A program made the translations under genes and the position numbers. Of a stretch of DNA of 25,107 bases, positions 1-6,280 are shown piece after piece. Source of the stretch: Armatimonadota bacterium (GTDB taxonomy: Bacteria; Sysuimicrobiota; Sysuimicrobiia; Sysuimicrobiales; Humicultoraceae); assembly GCA_052386995.1 (NCBI GenBank), contig JBQTJP010000209.1:1-25107 (forward strand), written 5' to 3'. Each line of letters starts with the position of its first letter. Position 1 is the stretch's first letter. The notes below the pieces were generated by a model. The model saw nothing but the letters and a program-made list of their open reading frames with translations, was not told where the DNA came from and searched no databases.

Positions 1-2
1 TT

Positions 3-137
3 GCGGATCTCGTGGTCGGTCTCAGTGAGCATACAGCGGGACATCTGAAAGGTCAGGTCGATCTCAGGGCCGTGGCGCGCGCCAGGCGGCTCCTCGATGA
101 GATCGCGCGCCGGCGCACGGTCGAGGAAACAGAGTGA
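3..137 (+). CDS. C-terminal fragment of an upstream gene, probably a BlaI/MecI/CopY-family repressor (5'-truncated by window edge)
   Basis: Open frame ADLVVGLSEHTAGHLKGQVDLRAVARARRLLDEIARRRTVEETE* ends in TGA 135-137, overlapping the ATG at 137 (TGATG coupling). Family assignment is from position upstream of an M56 peptidase, not from a motif. Confidence 0.5.
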   Translation, partial: ADLVVGLSEHTAGHLKGQVDLRAVARARRLLDEIARRRTVEETE

Positions 138-1105
138 TGCATGCGCTCCTGATCCTTTCAAGCCTGCCGCTGGCCGTGTTGGTGGGATGGCTGGCGCTGT
201 TCGTGCTCATACGGGTTGACGGCTGGCCGCGTCGGCGCCAGCTGCAACTGGCCGTTCTTTTGGCGCCCGTTGTGAGCCTCGGGGTGAGCCTGGGCGGTCT
301 GCATTATTTCCTGGGACGCATCTGTTTCCTCCGGACATTCTCCTGGGATTACATGGCCGGTACAGTGTTGCCGGTTGGCATGGGTCTTGTAGCGCTAGGC
401 GGGTTTGGACTCGGGGTCGTCCGCCTGGCGGTCATGTCCATGGTCCTGGGACGGCGCGGGGGGCCTGCCGGTGCGGAGGTGCAGCGCACGGCTGAACATC
501 TTGCGAGGCGTTTGGGGGCGCCCCGGCCCCGTGTCATGATCTGCAGCGCGGACCGGCCCGTTGCGCTGACGTTCGGGTTTCGCCACCCCACGGTTCTCCT
601 GTCAGACTGGATGGTCAGACGTCTCGACGTGCGTGAGCTGGAGTCGGTGCTGGCTCACGAAGTGGGTCACGTAACCCGCCGCGACTCTCTCGTGACTTGG
701 TTCGCGACGGTTCTTCGGGACGCATTTTTCTATCTGCCGACGAGCCTGGCCGCCTATCGTCAGTTCCAGTTCGAAAGAGAGCTGGCTTGCGACGACGTCG
801 CGGTCGCGGCGACCGGCAGGCCGCTTGCCCTGGCAAGCGCGCTCGCGAAGGTCTGGCAGCACGCCCTCGACGGATCCGCGCCTGAGCCTGCCCTGGCCTT
901 TGCGGCACCCGATTACGCGATCGAGCAGCGGATCGAGCGTCTTCTCGGGCGGGTGTCGGGATCGCGCGTCGCGGAACGCTCGTGGCGTTTCCTGAGTCCC
1001 ACCGTTCGGTCATTGCCGGGCATCGCGACGCTGCTGGCCGCAAACGCCGCCATAATGCTCGCCCCGATGGGGTGCGGCCCCGGCGCCCTGCTTTGGAGGC
1101 TGTAA
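137..1105 (+). CDS. M56 family (BlaR1/MecR1-like) membrane zinc metallopeptidase without a penicillin-binding sensor domain
   Basis: N-terminal TM helices, ALTFGFRHPTVLLS, HEVGH (HExxH), downstream RELACD and LASALAK motifs typical of M56/M48 peptidases. Confidence 0.85.
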   Translation: MHALLILSSLPLAVLVGWLALFVLIRVDGWPRRRQLQLAVLLAPVVSLGVSLGGLHYFLGRICFLRTFSWDYMAGTVLPVGMGLVALGGFGLGVVRLAVMSMVLGRRGGPAGAEVQRTAEHLARRLGAPRPRVMICSADRPVALTFGFRHPTVLLSDWMVRRLDVRELESVLAHEVGHVTRRDSLVTWFATVLRDAFFYLPTSLAAYRQFQFERELACDDVAVAATGRPLALASALAKVWQHALDGSAPEPALAFAAPDYAIEQRIERLLGRVSGSRVAERSWRFLSPTVRSLPGIATLLAANAAIMLAPMGCGPGALLWRL

Positions 1106-1866
1106 TGTCCGACCTGGCCCTCGCCTGGTACGGCTTCCTGAATTCGCTCTTTGTCGCCGTGTCACAGCCCCTTGGAGGATTGACGTCCGGCAGCGGGTCC
1201 ATACTGACGGCGCTCTTGCTCGGCCTGCTGGGGGCGCTCAGCCCCTGCCAGTTGAGCACCAACGCGTCCTCGATCGCCTACCTCATCGGAGGGACGGGCC
1301 GCGCTGGCCGAAGCATCGTCCCTCCCGCGGCTGCATACGTGGCGGGGAAAGTCCTGGTCTATAGCGTCGCTGGACTGGCGGCGTTTCTCCTGGGACAGCG
1401 CTTGCAGGCCGCGGCGATCCCGACCGTCGCCGTCACACGAAAGGTTCTCGGACCGCTGATGATCTTGATCGGCCTGGCGTTGCTCGGCGTGTGGCGGCCC
1501 CGCGTGGCGTTTGGTCATGGGCTGAGCGCGCGGCTGCGGGAGCGGACAGGCTCGACCGGAATCCTGAGTGCCTTTCTCCTCGGCATCGCCTTCTCGTTTG
1601 CATTTTGCCCCACACTGGCGCTTCTGTTCTTCGGGTACACCCTGCCGATGGCGGCTGCCAGCACGGCCGGGCCTCTCTACCCGGCCGCATTCGCTGCAGG
1701 AACCGCCTTCCCGCTCGTTCTCACCGCACTGGTCGTGGCCGCCGGTTCGGATGCTGGTTCCTTTGAGTCACGCGTGATGGTCTGGGAGCCCTGGCTTCGC
1801 CGCATCGGCGGTGTCGTCTTTCTGCTTGCCGGACTTAACGACACGTTGCTCTACTGGTTCCTGTGA
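1105..1866 (+). CDS. ccdA: CcdA/DsbD-type transmembrane thiol-reductant transporter (cytochrome c biogenesis CcdA-like)
   Basis: ATG at 1105 overlaps the previous TAA, with GGAGG at 1095-1099. About 6 TM segments; the two conserved cysteines are in GALSPC and FAFCPT. Confidence 0.8.
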   Translation: MSDLALAWYGFLNSLFVAVSQPLGGLTSGSGSILTALLLGLLGALSPCQLSTNASSIAYLIGGTGRAGRSIVPPAAAYVAGKVLVYSVAGLAAFLLGQRLQAAAIPTVAVTRKVLGPLMILIGLALLGVWRPRVAFGHGLSARLRERTGSTGILSAFLLGIAFSFAFCPTLALLFFGYTLPMAAASTAGPLYPAAFAAGTAFPLVLTALVVAAGSDAGSFESRVMVWEPWLRRIGGVVFLLAGLNDTLLYWFL

Positions 1867-2474
1867 CGCTTCAGACGCGATTCCTACTTGCGGTGCTTGG
1901 CCTTGTTGCGGCGACAGGGATCGTCGTCTACCTGGCCGCGACGCCCGCGGCTCCGCCCTCCGCAGCGGTTCCGAGGCCCTCGGCTTCCCCGCAGTTTCAG
2001 CCCATTCCGACGCCTCCTGGTCAGATCATCACCAGGGGCTTGCGTGAGGGAGCACAGGCACCGGAGTTCTCGGCTCGCCGGTTCGGTGGAGGGACCTTGA
2101 GCCTCGCCGAGCTGCGAGGCAAGGGGGTGGTGATGAACTTCTTCGCCTCCTGGTGTGCCCCGTGCCGCGCGGAGGCACGCGATCTCGACGCCGCGTTCAG
2201 CAAGTACCGGAACAAGGGGATTGTCTTTCTCGGCGTAAACATCGAGCAAGACACGTGGGATGACGCTCGGGAGTTTCTTGACGAATTCAACATCAGCTAT
2301 CCCGCCGTCCGTGATGAGGCATCGGACATCGCCAGGAAGTATCAACTCCTTGGCCTGCCCACGACCTATTTCATTGATAAAGCCGGCGTGATCCGGTCGA
2401 AGTTTGTCGGCCCCTTCCTCGGTCCCGAAGGGCTCAAGGCGCTCGAGCGCAGGATTGAGACGGTCCTGCCGTAG
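1863..2474 (+). CDS. TlpA/ResA-family membrane-anchored thiol-disulfide oxidoreductase
   Basis: N-terminal TM anchor, Pro-rich linker, NFFASWCAPC active site, GLPTTYFID cis-Pro motif; GTGA overlap with ccdA. Confidence 0.9.
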   Translation: MTLQTRFLLAVLGLVAATGIVVYLAATPAAPPSAAVPRPSASPQFQPIPTPPGQIITRGLREGAQAPEFSARRFGGGTLSLAELRGKGVVMNFFASWCAPCRAEARDLDAAFSKYRNKGIVFLGVNIEQDTWDDAREFLDEFNISYPAVRDEASDIARKYQLLGLPTTYFIDKAGVIRSKFVGPFLGPEGLKALERRIETVLP

Positions 2475-2485
2475 GGGAAGGCGCG

Positions 2486-2899
2486 TTGTTCGGGCTGTCG
2501 CGGAAGGGCGTGATCCTCGGGGCCTTCGTTCTTCTCGCGGCGACGGTCTGGCTGTCTTGGCAGAGCAGCAACCTGCCCACCCGGGCGGCAGACCCGAGAC
2601 TTGGTGAACGCGTCTTCCTTCAGAACTGTGCTATCTGCCATGGGACCAACGCCGAGGGGAAGGAGTTCACACCGCCGTTGAACCGCACGGGCCATGCCGA
2701 CCATCACCCCGATTGGGAACTCTACATGTTCATTGCCGAGGGGAAGGTCGGGTTTACCCAGATGCCAGCCTGGAAGGAACGGCTGTCGGATAGGGAGATC
2801 CGTTCGGTCATCGCATACGTGAAGACGCTGTGGACGGAGGATCAGCGCAGGTCCCAGCGGCACGTCAACGAGGTCCGGCCTGCGCCGGCGAGTAGATAA
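2486..2899 (+). CDS. Membrane-anchored/exported monoheme cytochrome c
   Basis: Signal/TM segment, CAICH heme-binding motif, MPAW distal Met ligand, His-rich GHADHHPD segment; TTG start after GGGGAAGG. Confidence 0.88.
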   Translation: MFGLSRKGVILGAFVLLAATVWLSWQSSNLPTRAADPRLGERVFLQNCAICHGTNAEGKEFTPPLNRTGHADHHPDWELYMFIAEGKVGFTQMPAWKERLSDREIRSVIAYVKTLWTEDQRRSQRHVNEVRPAPASR

Positions 2900-2911
2900 C
2901 AAGAACGTGAC

Positions 2912-3466
2912 GTGCCAGCGATTGATGGCATGAGGCACCGTATCGTTCTGTTAGGCAGCCTGGTCGCAGTCTTGGGGCTGCTCTTATTCATTACCGTTCG
3001 CAGCAGCCGGCCGGAGTCAATTTCCGTTGCGCTTGCGCGCGGCTTGACTCCAGAGGCGCCAGGATTCCTCCTGCCGCGGCTCGACGGCAACGGCACCGTT
3101 GCTCTTGACTCACTGCGGGGCAATGTAGTGGTGATCAACTTCTGGGCGTCGTGGTGCACACCGTGCCGCGCTGAAGCCGCCGCGCTGGAAGCCACATGGC
3201 AGCGCTACCGAGATCAGGGTGTGGTGGTGGTCGGCGTTAACGTGCAGGACCTCGTGCCCGAGGCGCTGCGGTTCCTCCGAGAGACGAAGACGACGTATCC
3301 TATGGTTCGAGACAAGGACAATATCGTCTACCGCGCCTACGGACTGACCGGCTTGCCCGAGACGTTCTTCGTAGACCGCTCAGGCAAGATTGTCCGCCAG
3401 TTCCGCGGAGGCGTGCCCGGCCCTCAGGCATGGTTCAAGGCCGTCGAAGACACCCTGGCGCGGTGA
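2912..3466 (+). CDS. Second TlpA/ResA-family thiol-disulfide oxidoreductase (start may be ATG 2930)
   Basis: TM anchor, NFWASWCTPC, GLPETFFVD. Confidence 0.9.
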   Translation: MPAIDGMRHRIVLLGSLVAVLGLLLFITVRSSRPESISVALARGLTPEAPGFLLPRLDGNGTVALDSLRGNVVVINFWASWCTPCRAEAAALEATWQRYRDQGVVVVGVNVQDLVPEALRFLRETKTTYPMVRDKDNIVYRAYGLTGLPETFFVDRSGKIVRQFRGGVPGPQAWFKAVEDTLAR

Positions 3467-3638
3467 TCCTGCGCTAGCCGTCCCTGCGGGGCATGTACGT
3501 GGGCGGTCGTTGTCGGAGGCCAGGCGGGCTCCCATTCTGCTCCCGCCGCGTGTCTGCCTTGCCGAGCGCGCGCACGGTGCCCATGCCGCGCTTGGGGCCA
3601 AGGGGCGGGTTGCCGGTGATCGCTGCAACTAGTAGGGA

Positions 3639-3663
3639 GGGGAGGGGCCGCAAGTTCCTCCCC
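3639..3663 (+). terminator. GC-rich hairpin downstream of the thiol-redox operon (possible terminator)
   Basis: GGGGAGGGGC-cgcaa-GTTCCTCCCC, 10-bp stem with two G-U pairs; no strong U tract. Confidence 0.35.
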
Positions 3664-3738
3664 GGTTCGATCTGGTTGCGGTTCGGTTGCAGAAGGCGCC
3701 GAAGGGCAACTCCGACGAGGCTCCTGAGTACAGGGTCA

Positions 3739-3805
3739 GGTCTTCAAAACCGGCCGCTGGGCCGGTTCGGTCCAGGCTGGGTTCGATTCCCAGGGCCCTC
3801 CGCCA
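3739..3805 (+). pseudogene. selC: 3' fragment of tRNA-Sec (selC); probable att site of an integrated element
   Basis: Anticodon loop CT-TCA-AA (3742-3748), long variable arm CTGGGCCG/CGGTCCAG, T arm CTGGG-TTCGATT-CCCAG, 8-nt acceptor strand GGCCCTCC + G + CCA. The anticodon stem pairs contiguously for only 3 bp, and no D arm or 5' acceptor strand lies at the expected distance. Confidence 0.88.
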
Positions 3806-3818
3806 GGACTCTACGCCC

Positions 3819-3850
3819 AAAATAACAGGGCCGGCCGCATGGGCCGGCCC
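3819..3850 (-). terminator. Intrinsic terminator of the 3880-4344 gene
   Basis: Perfect 9-bp stem GGGCCGGCC-gcatg-GGCCGGCCC (3828-3850), followed on the minus strand by TGTTATTTT. Confidence 0.75.
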
Positions 3851-3879
3851 AGAGCGTGAAATCGCCTGCCGTTGAGCCC

Positions 3880-4344
3880 CTAGATCCTGATGTCGATGAC
3901 CGCCGAGACGCCGACGCCATTCACGCGCCGGAACGCGACCCAGGGCTGGAGGTTGTCAACGGGGACCATGATCTTGATCCTGAACGCCTGCTGGTAATCT
4001 GCATCGAGCTGCGCCACGGCCTGCACCCTCTCAACCGCGGACCTCGGTCCGGAGACCTGGGCGGCCCCGACGTAGGCGCTGCCCGGCGAGTTAATGCCGA
4101 TCCCGATGTTGAGAATGGGAACGACCTTGGTCATCTCTCGGACTGCGACCCCGCGATTCTGAAGGAGGCCGTTGATGAAGTCGTTGATTTGCGGGGCAAA
4201 GGTTCGTACGGCGTAGCCGATGCCGAGGGTCTTGATGATGCTGAAGAGGTCCTGCCCGTACGCCTTGACCGTCAGGCCGGCCGTCAGTCCGCTCGTCATC
4301 ACCATAATTGCCAGCGCGACAGCGATGGCTCGTGGTGTACGCAT
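3880..4344 (-). CDS. Secreted hypothetical protein (154 aa)
   Basis: Signal peptide ending ...VKAYGQ, RBS GGAGGAG, globular region with TKVVPIL, YVGAAQVSGP and GVGVSAVIDIRI motifs. Confidence 0.8.
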   Translation of the reverse strand: MRTPRAIAVALAIMVMTSGLTAGLTVKAYGQDLFSIIKTLGIGYAVRTFAPQINDFINGLLQNRGVAVREMTKVVPILNIGIGINSPGSAYVGAAQVSGPRSAVERVQAVAQLDADYQQAFRIKIMVPVDNLQPWVAFRRVNGVGVSAVIDIRI

Positions 4345-4442
4345 GATCTCCTCCCTGCAACGATGTCGTTGACTGCCTTATGTTATTCTCTATTTGTGCC
4401 TCTATTGCAACTACGCACGCGGCTGCCGTGGTGTTCCCTCCT

Positions 4443-6125
4443 CTAGCCGCAAATCGCCCCCAGGGACGCCGAGGAGACCAGACGCGCGTATTTGGCGAGC
4501 GCTCCGCGCTCGTAGCGCGGCTTGGGGGGAGACCAGGCGGCCCGCCGGCGGCCGAGCTCATCGCCCGGCACCTCGAGCTCGATGCGGCGGTTCGTGATAT
4601 CGATCGCGATCGGATCGCCCTCTCGGATCAAGCCGATCGGACCGCCCGCCGCGGCCTCGGGCGCCACATGCCCGACCATCAGGCCCCGCGTCGCTCCCGA
4701 AAACCGGCCGTCGGTGACCATCGCCACGGCCTGCCCAAGACCCCGCCCGACGATGGCCGCGGTGACACTCAGCATCTCGCGCATGCCCGGGCCGCCTTTC
4801 GGCCCTTCGTAGCGGATCACCACGACGTCACCCTCCCGGATGCGGCCGCCCACCACGGCGGCGAAGGCGTCCTCCTCACGGTCGAAGACACGCGCCGGTC
4901 CCCGGTGGGCCTTCTGCGTGACACCGGCGGTCTTCATGACGGCTCCTTCGGGGGCGAGACTCCCTCGCAGCACCGCCAGCCCTCCTTCGGGTTCCACAGG
5001 GTCGGAGACCGGCTTGACCACGGGTGTGCCGTCGGCCGGGACGTTTTGTAGATTTTCTCGCAGGCTCCTGCCGCTGACGGTGATGACGTCTCCGTGCAGC
5101 AGGCCGGCATCCAGCAGCGCCCTCATGACGACCGGCACGCCACCGACCCGGTCGAGATCGGCCATCACGTACCGGCCGCCGGGCCGCAGGTCGGCGATGT
5201 GCGGCGTCTTGCGGCTGAAATGATCGAACTCATCGAGGGACAGGCTCACGCCGGCTTCGTCGGCGATGGCCAGCAGGTGGAGCGCGGCATTGGTGCTCCC
5301 GCCCATGGCCACAACAACGCGGATGGCGTTCTCAAACGCTTGACGGGTCAAAATGTCGCGCGGGCGAATCCCCTCGCGCAGCATCCGCAGCGCCGCCTCG
5401 CCGGTCCGCCGGCACGCATCCGCGCGCCGCGCATCCATCGCCGGAATCGACGCGACCCCCGGCAGCGACAGCCCGATGCCTTCGAACGCCGCCGCCATGG
5501 TATTCGCGGTGTAGAGGCCTCCACACGAGCCGGCACCGGGACAGGCGCGGTGCTCGAGCAGGTCCAGGGCCGCGTCCGTCATCTTGCCCTGCGCGTGCTC
5601 GCCGACGGCTTCATACACGTCCTGCACGGTCACGTCGCGTCCATTGACCTGACCCGGCATGATGGTGCCGCCGTAGAGAAAGACCGCCGGGAGGTTGATC
5701 CGTGCGAGAGCCATCACCGACCCGGGGAGGCTCTTGTCGCAGCCGGCGATCGCCACGAGGGCGTCGAAGCACTCGGCGTGCGCCATCAGCTCGATCGAGT
5801 CCGCGATGATCTCCCTGCTGACGAGCGACGCCTTCATCCCCTCGTGGCCCATGGCGATGGCGTCGCTGACGGCGATGGTGCCGAACTCCTGGGGAACCCC
5901 GCCGGCCTCCCGCACGCCGGCCTTCACCCACTGCGCCTGACCGTTCAAGTTAAGATTGCACGGCGTGACTTCGTTCCACGACGTGGCGACGCCGATCAGC
6001 GACCGCCGCAGGTCTTCATCCGTCAGGCCTGTGGCGCGCAGCATGGCGCGGTGGGGCGCGCGTTCTGCGCCTTCGGTCACGATGCGGCTGCGGTGTCGTG
6101 GGTCGATCCTGCCGGCGACCGTCAT
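4443..6125 (-). CDS. ilvD: Dihydroxy-acid dehydratase
   Basis: [76 protein letters not shown] 6125 with GGGAGG RBS. Confidence 0.96.
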   Translation of the reverse strand: MTVAGRIDPRHRSRIVTEGAERAPHRAMLRATGLTDEDLRRSLIGVATSWNEVTPCNLNLNGQAQWVKAGVREAGGVPQEFGTIAVSDAIAMGHEGMKASLVSREIIADSIELMAHAECFDALVAIAGCDKSLPGSVMALARINLPAVFLYGGTIMPGQVNGRDVTVQDVYEAVGEHAQGKMTDAALDLLEHRACPGAGSCGGLYTANTMAAAFEGIGLSLPGVASIPAMDARRADACRRTGEAALRMLREGIRPRDILTRQAFENAIRVVVAMGGSTNAALHLLAIADEAGVSLSLDEFDHFSRKTPHIADLRPGGRYVMADLDRVGGVPVVMRALLDAGLLHGDVITVSGRSLRENLQNVPADGTPVVKPVSDPVEPEGGLAVLRGSLAPEGAVMKTAGVTQKAHRGPARVFDREEDAFAAVVGGRIREGDVVVIRYEGPKGGPGMREMLSVTAAIVGRGLGQAVAMVTDGRFSGATRGLMVGHVAPEAAAGGPIGLIREGDPIAIDITNRRIELEVPGDELGRRRAAWSPPKPRYERGALAKYARLVSSASLGAICG

Positions 6126-6152
6126 GGCGACCTCCCGGGTCTCGCGCGCGAT

Positions 6153-6214
6153 GTCGGCACTCATCATAGGTGCTGACCCGCGGGTGAATCAACTGCATCT
6201 CCCAGAATCTCCCA
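6153..6214 (-). promoter_or_regulatory. Putative ilvD sigma70-type promoter with flanking palindrome and upstream direct repeat
   Basis: Minus strand TTGATT (6192-6187)-18 bp-TATGAT (6168-6163); inverted repeat GTCGGCAC/GTGCTGAC at 6153-6177; ATCTCCCA twice at 6197 and 6207. Confidence 0.45.
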
Positions 6215-6244
6215 AGGCGGAAGCGGGCGCCGGCAGGCCGCCGC

Positions 6245-6280
6245 TTCACGGGTGCCGCCCGCGCGTGTAGCATGAGGCCA
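6245..6280 (+). promoter_or_regulatory. Putative mutS promoter giving a leaderless mRNA
   Basis: TTCACG (6245)-17 bp-TAGCAT (6268-6273)-6 bp-ATG (6280). Confidence 0.5.

Larger units (their letters stand above)
1..3805. mobile_element. Right end of a probable genomic island integrated in selC
   Basis: Accessory redox operon bounded by a truncated tRNA-Sec copy, then housekeeping genes. The integrase and intact selC are not in the window. Confidence 0.6.

Noticed and set aside
137..3466. Selenocysteine (in-frame UGA) in the thiol-redox genes
   Set aside because: All redox motifs (SPC, FCP, CAPC, CTPC, CAICH) use Cys codons; the TGA codons occur at normal protein ends.
3641..3805. Complete or intron-split tRNA-Sec using GGAGGGGC (3641) or GAAGGGC (3701) as 5' acceptor strand
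   Set aside because: Both mismatch GGCCCTCC, neither is followed by a D arm, and the spacing is wrong. The 3641 sequence is part of its own hairpin.
3380..3875. Short ORFs in the intergenic/att region (3493-3825, 3629-3820, 3687-3875 etc.)
   Set aside because: Low-complexity Arg/Gly/Pro translations overlapping the tRNA fragment and hairpins.
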